A stretch of 64,000 bases of DNA from Octopus sinensis (taxonomy: Eukaryota): contig NC_042998.1 of assembly GCF_006345805.1 (NCBI RefSeq), positions 68,758,001-68,822,000 on the forward strand, in the 5' to 3' direction. Below are positions 1 to 12,234 of this stretch, piece after piece; the first letter of the stretch is position 1, and each line of letters opens with the position of its first letter. The notes below the pieces were generated by a model. The model was not told the DNA's origin. It made no database searches and was given only the letters and a program-made list of their open reading frames with translations. Made by a program: the position numbers and the translations under genes.

Positions 1-781
1 ATTTTTCTCATTTCCAGTAGCATTTTAGAATGAGTTTTCTCTGTTCAAAGCTTAATCTAATTGCCATCATTAATTCCAATGGGTTTCACCTGAAAATAAA
101 AAGTATTAGTTGATTTATCAGTTGTTAAAGTGTGTATACATTTTTTGGGGTACACCCTGTATATATATATCCGTTAGGCAGCTGATAGTGGATGCATATG
201 ATTGATGTGTATGTTGACTGTGAAGTTTTCCTATCTGGCGTTCTCATGATTCTAAGTTATCTTTCATTGAAATTCTAGTTCTTGTAGAGTTAAACTTGTG
301 TGGGGTTTCTTGATATCTTGGTTTATTGTGGTTTGGTTTTGTTTATATTATGCCATACATTGATATTTCGTGGTTGCCCTTCATAGGAGTTCAAATTCTG
401 GTAAGGGTTGTACTTGTTTCCGAATTAATAATTTATGAAAGTTTTGCTGAACAGAAATATGTATACGTACAAAGGGTGTTGTCTTACTAAGAGCAACATG
501 TACATGTATGTATGTATATGTATGTAGGCGTGTATGTATGTGTAAGCCTTGTCTTCAACGGCCATAATATAAACCAAACTGTTATAATTTACTTCTAGAT
601 TCTTGCTTTTTCTTCAAAATATACATTCCTTAACTTTTTACAATTCTATTATTTACTAGTTTCAAATTTTGGCACAAGGTCAGGAAACCAGACGCTCGTA
701 TACAAGGTCTATTATTTGCAAAGTATTATGTATAATACACACACATACATACACACTAACATATATATTGAATATTTACGT

Positions 782-841
<60 letters not shown>

Positions 842-881
842 ATATAATGTACATACATATATACATATATATATTATAATA

Positions 882-917
<36 letters not shown>

Positions 918-940
918 TGATAATAATAATAATAATAATA

Positions 941-971
<31 letters not shown>

Positions 972-985
972 TATTATTATTATTA

Positions 986-1033
<48 letters not shown>

Positions 1034-1369
1034 CGTTATTAATATATATACATATATATATCCGTTTTGCTATTTTGTTGACACATTTTTAACAAATATT
1101 TTTCACATTTGCTTATGTTAAAATTCCTTTTTTTTTAATATATATTTATGCTTATATTTTACATCATGGTTATGTACGAGAGTTCATGTATATGTATGTA
1201 TGTATGTATGTATACATATTTATATATGTATACTTACATTTGTATATCATTATGCAATTTAAGAAACAATATAAGCGGTTCCTTTTTTTTCCATCACAGT
1301 TTTCCCCCCATCGCCTCCCCGCATTGTCATCGCCCTTCACTATCCCTCGGCAGATGACTCCCTTTCAAA

Positions 1370-1775
1370 GGCGGCGAGCTGGCAGAAACGTTAGCACGCC
1401 GGACGAAATGCTTAGCGGTATTTCGTCTGTCGCTACGTTCTAAGTTCAAATTCCGCCGGGGCCAACTTTGCCTTTTATCCTTTCGGGGTCGATTAAATAA
1501 GTACCAGTTACGCACTGTAGTCGATATAATCGACTTAATCCGTTTGTCTGTCCTTGTTTATCCCCTCTGTGTGTAGCCCCTTGTGGGCAGTAAAGAAATA
1601 GGTATTTCGTCTGCCTTAACGTTCCGAGTTCAAATTCAGCCGTGGTCGACTTTGCCTTTCATCCTTTCGAGGTCGATAAATTAAGTAGCAGTTGCATACT
1701 GAGGTCAATCTAATCGATTGCCCTCCCCTTCCCACAAAAAATTTCGGGCCTTGTGCCAAGAATAGAAAAGAGGAC
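1370..1775 (+). mobile_element. tRNA-derived SINE family A (dimeric form)
   Basis: GGCGGCGAGCTGGCAGAAACG head, GTTCAAATTCC B box, GCCTTT(T/C)ATCCTTTCGGGGTCGAT domain repeated twice. At least 15 partial or complete copies in the window. Confidence 0.85.
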
Positions 1776-2007
1776 ACCCTTTTAGTCCTTTGTTTTACCC
1801 CGTTCCTTCTTGACTTACTTCTCCTTCAAGTTCCTCTAATCGTTTAGCTCCCCTCCTCCTCCTCCTCCTTTTCCTCCATCTCCTCTTCTCTACTACTACT
1901 ACTACTACTATTACTACTACGACTATTACTACTACGAATATTACTACTACTACTACTACCCCTACTAATACTTTAACTGCTGCTGCTGCTACTACTACTA
2001 CTATTAC

Positions 2008-2038
<31 letters not shown>

Positions 2039-2089
2039 AAGAAGAAGAAGAAGAAGAAGAAGAAGAAGAAGAAGAAGAAGAAGAAGGGG

Positions 2090-2385
2090 AATCGACATAG
2101 CATTCGCCGGTGACAACAGGCGTGATTCCAATAGTAGACGTGATTCCAATAGTAATTGGTGCTCTTGGAAGTATCAGCACTCAACTACCAGCATGGCTGA
2201 AAAAGATCGGTGCAAGTGTGAAGGTAGAACACCTACAAAAATCAGCATTGCTTGGAACTGCAAGAATTCTTCGCAGGGTTCTTGAAGTATGACCAGTAAA
2301 CAAGTGTCACCTTAGTCTGCTGGCTGTGAACAACTGCCACTCTCCATCATACCCAGCAAAATTAGGCTGTGAGTTTTCATATAAT
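2090..2385 (+). mobile_element. 3' end of an R4-like REL retrotransposon (family 2)
   Basis: VIPIVIGALGSI...LQKSALLGTARILRRVLEV* plus a 3' UTR closely matching 26405-26495. Follows (GAA)n and precedes an ATT/AAT tract. Confidence 0.8.
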
Positions 2386-2414
2386 ATTATTATTATATTA
2401 TTATTATTATATTA

Positions 2415-2508
<94 letters not shown>

Positions 2509-2964
2509 CCTTTCTACTATAGGCACTAGGCATGAAATTTGTGGTGAGTGAACTAGTCGATTACATTGACCCCTGTACGTAACTGGTACTTGATTTATCG
2601 TATCCGAAAGGATGAGAGGCAAAGTCAACCTCGGCGGAATTTGAACTCAGAACGTAGCAAAGGGCACAATACGCTAAGCATTTCGCCCGGCATGCTAACG
2701 ATTCTGCCAGCTCGCCACCTTAATAACAACAACAACAACAACAACAACAATAATAATCCTGTTATAAATACCCCAAAAATATTTTGTCTTAAATTACTTT
2801 AATAATTTATATGATTACTGTAAATGAATTGTGCTTTTAAGCAGTAATTTTTTTTATTGTCTATTACAGTTTTAGGTGTAGGCATAGGGATAAAAGAATG
2901 TGGATATCCTAATGGCTGAGGGTTCAAATCTCTGAAACACAACCACCACTTCTTGCAAAACACT

Positions 2965-3045
2965 AGAACAGTCCGCGACCACTCCTTAATGTCGTCGCTC
3001 CATCTTTCACTTTGGCGTCCGTCCGTTTCTTTGTTTGTATCAATA
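2965..3045 (-). mobile_element. Tiny RTE-like 3' fragment
   Basis: ...GRTPK*K / RWSDDIKEWSRTV. Confidence 0.4.
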
Positions 3046-3083
3046 TCTGTGTATGTACACCTATAAGAGAAAGAGAGGGAGAG

Positions 3084-3126
<43 letters not shown>

Positions 3127-3178
3127 TTGTGTGTGTTTGTGTGTGTGTTTGTGTGTGTGTGTGCATAGAATATGTGCA

Positions 3179-3278
3179 NNNNNNNNNNNNNNNNNNNNNN
3201 NNNNNNNNNNNNNNNNNNNNNNNNNNNNNNNNNNNNNNNNNNNNNNNNNNNNNNNNNNNNNNNNNNNNNNNNNNNNNN
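3179..3278. other. Assembly gap (100 N)
   Basis: Run of 100 N, next to a (GT)n tract. Confidence 1.
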
Positions 3279-4429
3279 CTACTTAGCATCCAACAGTCAT
3301 AAACTTTATGCTTTTCCTATTTCTTCTCCCCCGCCTCCCACTAAAAGAACTTGAGCTTTCGCTGATATTTGAAACTAATGTGTTAATTAAAGCGAGCAGT
3401 AGGATAAAAAAGAAATTACATATTCCATTTTTTTAGGGTGGTGGGGAGGTACGCAAAATAAATCTGTTCTACTTTTATTAAATTGGTTTCAATTACTCTG
3501 GGTGATTTTTTTTTGTTGTTTGTATTAGCGTGTAAGAAAAAATATTTAAAAAAAATAAAAGGAAAAGTAATTTTTGAATGTGTTCAATCATTATTGCCTT
3601 TTAGATTCTCGAGTTTGGTTAAGAACAGGCTTAAATGTACTTGATGGACATCTGCGAACTATCAAATAGCAATCGTTGGAGGCTAGTGGAAGAAAGAAGT
3701 GGTCTCAGACATACAACTTCTTCTTTCTTTTCGTTTTCTGTTTGTCTGCTTTTTTTTTCCTTTTACTTGTTTCAGTGATTTGGATCACGACCATGCTGGG
3801 GCTTTGCATTGAAGGGTTTCAGCGAACAAAGTGCCCCCACCACCACCACCACTGTACTTATTTTTAAATCTGATATTTACTATATCGGTCACTTTTGCCG
3901 GACTGATAAGCAACGAGGGTGTAAACAAAGCCAAGACCGTTGTCAAGCGGTAAGAGGACAAACCGAAACACAAGATTACACACACGCATGCACACACAAA
4001 CACACACACACACACACACTTATACACACACATAACGGATTTCTATACAGTTTCCGTCAACCAAATTCAAATTCACTCACAAAGCATTTATGAACCTAGG
4101 GCTATAGTAGAAAACATTTGCCCATAATGCCGCGCAGTATGGAATTGAACCCGAAACCAAGGGATTACAAATATATATTAGTTTTTCCTTGGGGCTGACT
4201 AGATTGGAGAAATCCCAAGTATAATCAGCCGAAATTACGAGGATAATCTGGTGCTTGACTGAGGAAAGAAAACTTCGAATGACCCGTCCTTGTTTCCTTG
4301 TATCGTCCTATCTGGATGTTTTTAGTCCCATTTTTGTATCACACTTGCCTTCCGGATATTTTGCGTTCTTGCCCCATTTTGTATTCATATATAATATATA
4401 TATATATATATATATAATATTATATATAT

Positions 4430-4471
<42 letters not shown>

Positions 4472-5107
4472 GTGTACACTCGGATGCATAGAAACTTTCC
4501 GCTCTGTAAATAATCTCGGGGAAAAAATATCCTCAGAGACAATGTGTGAAAACACGTTGATCTATTGATAATGTCATGAGATTGTGGGACGCCTGCATTT
4601 CTGAGTGTACAAGAGGGTGTTCAATATGAATGTGTACACATATATTTTATTTAACCCTACTTTGGGTACCTCTTGTTAATAAATTCCAGTTTGACCAAGC
4701 TTTGCATACATCAGCGAATGTACTATTTGCTGTTCTTATATATATATAAGAACGACCGCTATGTTCGTCGCTGATGAAGTGCAGTGACGCAGGAACGCAT
4801 GTGTCCTACATTTGATTACGTCAGTCGTAGCCCAGCGTGTTTGTAAATTTATTGTCTATGGTGATAATTTTTTCTCGAGGCTACTTCCGCAGTGAAAACT
4901 TTTCCCGCGTCCGAGTATATATGAACATGCTAAATATGATTTATATGCTGTTATTTATTCAAAGTTTATTTGTACGACTCTAATTTACACACTCACACAC
5001 ACACACATACACACACACACTTGCACACACACACCTTCACACATCTACACACACACATATACTCACACTCGATAGTACCAAACAGTGAGAAAAAGTGCTC
5101 AGTACTG

Positions 5108-6245
5108 TATTTGGTGGATAAGTATATTCTTTATTTGTGGATTAACAATGCGACCAATGGTTTCGTGCAAAAATTCCCAATTTTCAAGCATTCCATTGAA
5201 AAATATTGTCTCACATAGCCTCGAACAAGTTTAGACCAGATGCAGTTTAGACAACTGCATGTATGAATTTAAAAGGCCTTTCAACAATGGATGCAGCAAG
5301 AAAAAACTCCTTCTCTCTGCGGAAATAAAGCTTTAAGTGTCCAGGTCCCTCAACAATGATGTGGCCAGTTTCGCTCAGGAAATTTTTCTTTCGCAGATCT
5401 CCCTCCATCTGGACGACCAACTTCTTTCAGTATCGAGTTTCTGAAACCGTAGTTGAGGAAGCTTCAAAGTAGAATGTTCGAAAGGTAACAACACAGATTA
5501 GTTTCAAGTCAAACTTCGATCATAAAACTCCTTCTTGAACTAAATGTCCAAAATTGACCGGTAGGTGCCTCATCACCTGATTGTTTAATCAAACAGTTGC
5601 CCTCTGCTCGTCATTGCTGCTGCCTTCGTTGAATCATCACAAGTGATGAATGTGGTTTTCCTACAATCGTAACCGATAGCGGTTATCATCCACGAAAAAA
5701 GGGAATTAATCCCCAAACCCAACAAAAAAGAAAACTAAAGCCGAAAAAAAGTTATGCTCTGTATTTGATGAGATATGAAGGGTGTCGTCCATCATGAAAT
5801 AGTAAACCAACACGAAATAGTTATCGTGAAGAAGTGTTGTCGTCAATTAGAAGCATTGTGCAAAAAATAGCAGCAAAAGTACTCTTCATTTGTCAATCGC
5901 GAAGGAGTATTGCTCTGACATGATAATACAGAATCACATGTTGCCAAATTGCTCGGGAAAACATGAAGGCACAAAATATGGAGACTTTACCCCATTCTCC
6001 TTACTCGCTTGGTTTATCCCATCTATCATCGTTTCAAATAATTGTGGAGAGCTTAAAAATGTCGTTGAGTGTTTCTTTCCTTCGAAACCTGAATAATTTT
6101 ATGCCCAAGGGATTAAATTTACAAAATAGATGGGATTATGTTATCAACAATGAGAGGAAATACAATCTTGATTAAGTATATTAATTAAGACTAAAGAAAT
6201 ATGCGTTCGTGAACTTTCTTACAAGACTTTCTTACCAACCAAATA
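5108..6245 (+). mobile_element. Decayed near full-length mariner transposon
   Basis: Degenerate TIRs (tatttggtggataagt / actttcttaccaaccaaata); remnants CMYEFK, KKVMLCI**DMKGVVHHE, GVLL*HDN, ETLPHSPYS. Confidence 0.7.
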
Positions 6246-6587
6246 TCTAACATTGCATAATCTGCTACCGTTTGTGCCGACGATGCAAGAAAACAGACAT
6301 GGAAATTGGTTTCCATTGTAGAGTTATTAGTACTTTTACTGACTTAAGAGCTTGTAAGCTCAACTTACAAATTCTTAGTAACTCTAAATATAAGTTATAT
6401 AATATCATTAATTACATATATGTGTATATACGTGCATGTGCATATATATATATATACATATACATAAATATATATATGTACATATACATATATATATATA
6501 TATGCACACACAATTTTGTACGCATATATGTAATTAAGATATTATGTACTTTTATCTAGAGTTACTTAAGAACTTTTAAGTTGAGCT

Positions 6588-6630
<43 letters not shown>

Positions 6631-6637
6631 ATACATA

Positions 6638-6694
<57 letters not shown>

Positions 6695-6847
6695 AATATA
6701 TGTATGTAAGTATGTATGTTTATGTATGGTAAGCAAGCTACTTGTCATGTAGCCACTCCAGCGCCTAATATATATAGATATATATATATAATATATATAA
6801 TTATATATATATATATATATATTAATATATGTATATATATAGTAATA

Positions 6848-7202
6848 TAAAGGTAAAGGGTAAAGACCCCTTCGGTCATGAATGACAATGGACCATTGGA
6901 TTGCCCCTAGAAAGTTACCCTCCTAGACACAAGTCCGGCAAGGTTGTTTATGGAAGGCTAGCAGTCGCCGCCCATGCATACCGGCCTCCCCTCTCCACGC
7001 CCAGTGTTATCCAAGGGAAAGACAAAGGCCGATACAGCTTGGCACCTTTGACGTCGCAACTCATTTCTACAGTTGAGTGAACTGGAGCAACGTGAAATAA
7101 AGTGCCTTGCTCAAGAACACAACACGCAGCCCGGTCCGGGATTCGAGCTCACAACCTGACGATCGTAAGCTCGACGCTCTAACCACTGAGCCATGCGCCT
7201 CC
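6848..7202 (-). mobile_element. tRNA-derived SINE family C1 in (TA)n
   Basis: GGCGCATGGCTCAGTGGTTAGAGCG head, TTCTTGAGCAAGGCACTT...CACTCA.CTGTAGAAATGAG domain; near-identical to 36669-37011. Confidence 0.85.
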
Positions 7203-7236
<34 letters not shown>

Positions 7237-7289
7237 ATATATATTATATTATATAATATAATATATATATATATATATAGCTATATATA

Positions 7290-7359
<70 letters not shown>

Positions 7360-7464
7360 ATATATATATATATATATATTATATTATATATATATATATA
7401 ATATATATACATAATATATATATATACATACATATATACATATATATATGTGTTTATATATAAT

Positions 7465-7880
7465 AGGCGCTGGAGTGGCTACATGACAAGTAGCTTGCTT
7501 ACAACGATATGGTTTCCGGGTTCAGTCCCACTGCGTGGTACCTTGGCGAATGTCTTCTATTATAGCCTCGGGCTGACCAAAGCGTTGTGAGTGGATTTGG
7601 TAGACGGTAACTAAATGAAACCCGTCCTGTATGTGTGTGTGTGTGTGTGTGTGTGCTTGTGTGTCTGTACTTGTCTCCCCACCATCGTTTGACAACCGAT
7701 GTTGGTGTCTTTACATCCCCATAATCTAACGGTTCGGCAAAAGAGACTGATAGAATAAGTGCTAGGCTTACAAAGAATAAGTCCTGGGGTCGATTTGTTC
7801 GACAAAAGGCGGTGCTGCAGCATGGCCGCAGTCAAATGGCTGAAACAAGTAAAAGAATAAAAGAATTAAAGAATAAAAGA
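7465..7880 (+). mobile_element. tRNA-derived SINE family B with internal microsatellite
   Basis: GGCGC.GGAGTGGCT head, GGTTCAGTCCCAC B box, CCTTGGGCAAGTGTCTT-type core, internal (GT)n, tail CAGTCAAATG(A/G)CTGAAACAAGTAAAAGAAT. About 20 copies in the window. Confidence 0.85.
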
Positions 7881-8384
7881 ATACACACAATTACATAGTA
7901 AGGTTGATTACATTTCGTAATAAATGTTAGAATCGGTATACTTTCGCTATTCTGTTATTCTTTTATCCTTTATTCTTTTACTTCTTTCATTCTTTGGACT
8001 GCGACCATGCTGGGGTTCGGCAAAAGAGACCGATAGAACGAGAACTAGACTTGGGGTTCGGCAAAAGAGACCGATAGAACAAGTACTAGACTTACAAAGA
8101 ATAAGTCCTGGGGTCGATTTGTTCGACGAAATGCGGTGCTCCAGCATGGCCGCGGTCAAATGACTGAAACCAATAACAGGAAGTAAAAGAAAAGTTTATC
8201 ATTTTGAAAATAGTCAATAGCTTTTCTTTTAATAATATTTAATTCTTTCTTTTCTACTCTAGGCACAAGTCCCGAAATTTGGCGGAGGGGGCCAGTCGAT
8301 TAGATCGACCCCAGTATGTAACTGATATTTAATTTATCGACCCCAAAATGATGAAAAGCAAAGTTGATATTAATAAAAGTAGTA

Positions 8385-8785
8385 AGGCGGCGAGCTGGCA
8401 GAAACGTTAGCACGCCGGGCGAAATGCTTAGCAGTATTTCGTCTGCAGCTACGTTCTGAGTTCAAATTCCGCCGAGGTCGACTTAGCTTTTCATCCTTTC
8501 GGAGTCGATTAAATAAATACCAGTTACGCATTGGGGTCGATATAATTGACTTAATCCGTTTGTCTGTCCTTGTTTGCCTTCTCTGTGTTTAGCCCCTTGT
8601 GGGTAGTAAAGAAATAGGTATTTCGTCTGCCGCCACGTTCTGAGCTCAAATTCCGCCGAGATCGACTTTACTTTTATCCTTTTGGGGTCGATAAATTAAG
8701 TACCAGTGAAACACTGGGGTCGATGTAATCGACTAGTCCCCTCCCCAACAAATTTCAGGCTATGTGCCTTTAGTGGAAAGGATGT
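8385..8785 (+). mobile_element. SINE family A (dimeric)
   Basis: Same architecture as 1370-1775. Confidence 0.85.
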
Positions 8786-9969
8786 TATTAAAAATATTCT
8801 ATCTCGCAGAACTCCCAGAATTATTTCAAGGAACTTACTTTGTAAAATATTTGCATAGGAGATGTTGAATGGTGAAGAGGCCAGTGGAACATATGAGGGT
8901 GGGATACTGCTATAACGTTCTGAGGAGTAGAGACTTGGGAAATAACAATAAAAAAAGACCGAGAAAGAGAGGAAAAATATAGTTGAACGATGGTGGACAA
9001 TTTTTAAAGAATTTTGGTAAATGGTGGTTTTAAATTTCATGTAGGGGTTAGGTCATTAGTACCTTTAATGCAGAACTGGAGGAGCGACTAATCTGTGACA
9101 TATTAAATGTCTTATCCAGAAGACGACATCACTATCTCTTGTATTACGCCGAGTCAAACGCTGATAAGCTGCAAACTCAGTTGTTTTAGCTTAGCCCGAA
9201 AAAAACTTTAGTTTAGATTTCAAATATTTATCTCGTTAAGACTTGGAAAATGCAGCATATGCTTATCACAAAATATACACTGCATAACTACGATAGCAAT
9301 TATAAAATCAGAAATAGAAATTAAATCCCAGTGGAAACTGTGACCCGATGATCAGTATAACATGTGAAAGAAATAAGAAAAGACGAATCTTAAATAATTA
9401 TTTCAATGGATACATACATAAAATACATACATGCATGCATACATATATACACAAATGTATGTATGTATTCGTGTGCGTATGTGTAGTGATTACCTCAGCA
9501 TTCTAACAAACTGTTGCTGGAATTCAATTAAAAGGGCTTTGAATAAAAAATGTTTGAAATATAAAACGTCAGTTTGATATATATATAAAATGGTGAGTCA
9601 CAGACTGTTCCAGAGATTAACAGGAAGTTAAACCGTGTACAGAATGAATGAAGGGTAAATTAAGCTACTAAGGGGATAAGAAAGAAAAGTGAGAGAAAAT
9701 GGCGAAGGGAAAAAGAGATGGGACAAAATGCAATAGAGAGTATATATAGATATATTGAAAACAAAACAGAATGTATATTGTTATCTAGACTAGTGCTTCT
9801 CAAACTATCTGATGTGACATACCGGCAGTTTTTTTTTTTTTCCAATGTCCCAGGGACCGGTAATATTTCTTAGTAATATTAATTTATACCGGAAACAATA
9901 TATATAATGAATATAATAAAAGTTGACTATTTTTTATAATCTTATATTTATTTTGTAAACAAATTATAC

Positions 9970-10052
9970 GGGTATATGGTGTAGTGGTTAAGAGCGCGGC
10001 TACTAACCCCAAGATTCCGAGTTCGATTCCAATCAGTGACCTGAACACTAAC

Positions 10053-10104
<52 letters not shown>

Positions 10105-10260
10105 TCGAAAAATACCTTAGGAATGAGAACCCAGGTTCGAAATTTCCTCAAGACACCTGATGAAGGCTAGAGGGTATATCAGCCGAAACGTTGTGTTAAC
10201 AACAAACAAGATGAGGACAAATATCCGTCAAATGTAAATAATTTAAATAATGTAAATAAT
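9970..10260 (+). mobile_element. tRNA-derived SINE (family D) with (AAT)n linker and a Penelope-like, hammerhead-bearing tail
   Basis: A box TGGTGTAGTGG (9977-9987), B box GAGTTCGATTCC (10019-10030), (AAT)n, then a tail containing the hammerhead at 10152-10197. Confidence 0.75.
10152..10197 (+). ncRNA. Minimal type I hammerhead ribozyme motif
   Basis: GACAC-CUGAUGA-A-GGCU(12 nt)AGCC-GAAAC-GUU-GUGUU: stem I 4 bp plus G-U, intact core, extra A after A9, stem II 4 bp, palindromic loopless stem III (AACGUU). Confidence 0.7.
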
Positions 10261-11526
10261 GAAGAAACTTTTATTTGAATAAAAAAAAATAGCTGTTAAT
10301 AACTCAGCCTCGATATATTGCACGTCTTGCCATTGCAATATTATTCCAAGAATGAGAATTTTCTCAAATTATGTAAAAGTTGATAAGTACTTCATGAGAA
10401 TCAAGCCTTCAATCCAAATATTAACATGAAAGCCACAGCGGAGCTGATAACTGTGAGAATGACCTTAAGACTTGTCGTTGTGTAATACACAGTTGAGCAT
10501 CTGAGTGAAATAAGAGAATATGGAGTACGAATTACACTGGGGAACATTTTAAAGATACAAAGGACCATATGATTTTGTCTGAAAAAATAAAACAGGAATC
10601 CGCCTACACTAAAAGCTAATTATAAGATTTTCAAAATAAAAAAAATATGCTATCGTTGATGACAATTCAACAGAACCGTTTGTGTATTTTAGTCCATGAT
10701 TTTAAGCGATCAGAAAAATTTAATTTTTACTGAACTTCCAGGTATACTTTCTGTGCAAGGTTTAAAGGATGAAAACTGTTTTCAGTTTGATTGACGAAGT
10801 TAACAAGCGTGGCTAGACTCTTACAAATTGCTCTGATTTTGCATCAAGTTGTGTATTGGACATTCATGCAGACTGAGTTAAAAACATACACCATTTTCTT
10901 CGCGTATTTGTTATTCATTGACAATATATATTCAATATGTTATATTGAAACTATAAGTAAATAATGAGTTTCTAAAGAGCTCCTAAAGAGCCAGAATGAA
11001 AAAAAAGAGAAATACATAGAAATATCATAGGCCACAGTAGTTTATTTTAATTCACTCTTATTCTATAGGCTACGAAAATAAAGACAGTAACACCATGTGA
11101 AGAAGTACAAGAATTTTATCATAAAAAATACAATGGAATCATTTAAAGACAGTTCTTTCTGGGGGTTTTTTTGGGGGGTTTTTTTGTAAATATCAGTAAA
11201 ATTATTTCTCAAATCATATCAGCATCGGTTTCATATGAAGTTCTTTCAGAAAGTCAGTGAAACGCTGTAATGTTTCCAAAGATATATTAATTCAAAACGA
11301 AAACTGTATATAATGTATCACAAATTTCTTTGTATTACACTATGAGGTTGTAAAATCATTTTATTATAATGTAATATATTATGATAATGTAAAAATCATT
11401 AAAGATGTGTCTGAAGGCAGAAGAGATTGTCTCGAATTACGTTATTAGTTTGGTAGGAATCACCTTTTGACTAGCATTTTCAACAATAAATTTTTTACGT
11501 CTTATGCGTTGATATATATAAATATA

Positions 11527-11559
<33 letters not shown>

Positions 11560-11716
11560 ATATATACTGTGTGTGCGTGTGTGTGTGTGTGTGTGGTGTG
11601 TTGTGTATCTGTTTGTGCGTGTATCTGTGTGTGCGAGAGAGAGGTTCAAAATATTAGAAAGAAAAACAAAACGCAGAGACAGGTAAAAGAACAACAAACA
11701 GGGTGTTGACGGAAGT

Positions 11717-11757
11717 GTCATTGACGTTTCGAGCCGATGCTCTTCTGCAGAAAGAAA
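11717..11757 (-). ncRNA. Degenerate hammerhead motif (A6 to C)
   Basis: CUGCAGA-A-GAGC(AUCG)GCUC-GAAAC-GUC-AAUGAC; one core substitution and an imperfect stem I. Confidence 0.45.
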
Positions 11758-12112
11758 AGATGAGAGAAATCAGTGAGAGAGAGGAAGAAACTGATGAACT
11801 CTGTGTATGTGTGTGTGCGTGCGCGCACGCGCGTGTGTGAGTGTGTGCGTATGTGTGTGTGTATGTGCGGATGTGTGTGTATGTGCGGGCATGCGCGTGT
11901 TTGTATACATGTGTGTACACATTGATGGCAGTGTTAGTAGTAGTAGTAGTAGCAGTAGTAGTGGTAAGTTTTTAGTATTGTGCTTCTATTCTAAGCAAAT
12001 CTGTTAACTCTGCCAAATTAACCAAGAAAATATAACATACTCCACTTCTTGTAAAGCTTATTCTTACGAACACAAGCGCATACATAGTGACACGCATTCC
12101 CACACACACACA

Positions 12113-12151
<39 letters not shown>

Positions 12152-12234
12152 AACACATACATTTAAGCGTGTTCGTGTGTGTGTGAGTGTATATATGTGT
12201 ATAAGTCAGTGAATATATATATATATATATATAT

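Noticed and set aside
180-420. Possible decayed LINE endonuclease fragment on the minus strand, next to a Tc1-like end (CACCCTGTA, ~152-160)
   Set aside because: Too many stops and no diagnostic motif to call with confidence.
4258-4295. CUGAGGA...GAAU hammerhead-like string; similar near-misses at 4774-4800, 45836-45870 and 46177-46215
   Set aside because: GAAA is missing or stems I/II cannot pair; these are consistent with chance matches.
9970-10045. tRNA-like sequences at SINE heads (families A-D)
   Set aside because: A and B boxes are present, but there is no complete cloverleaf or acceptor stem and each continues into a repeat body. These are SINE heads, not tRNA genes.
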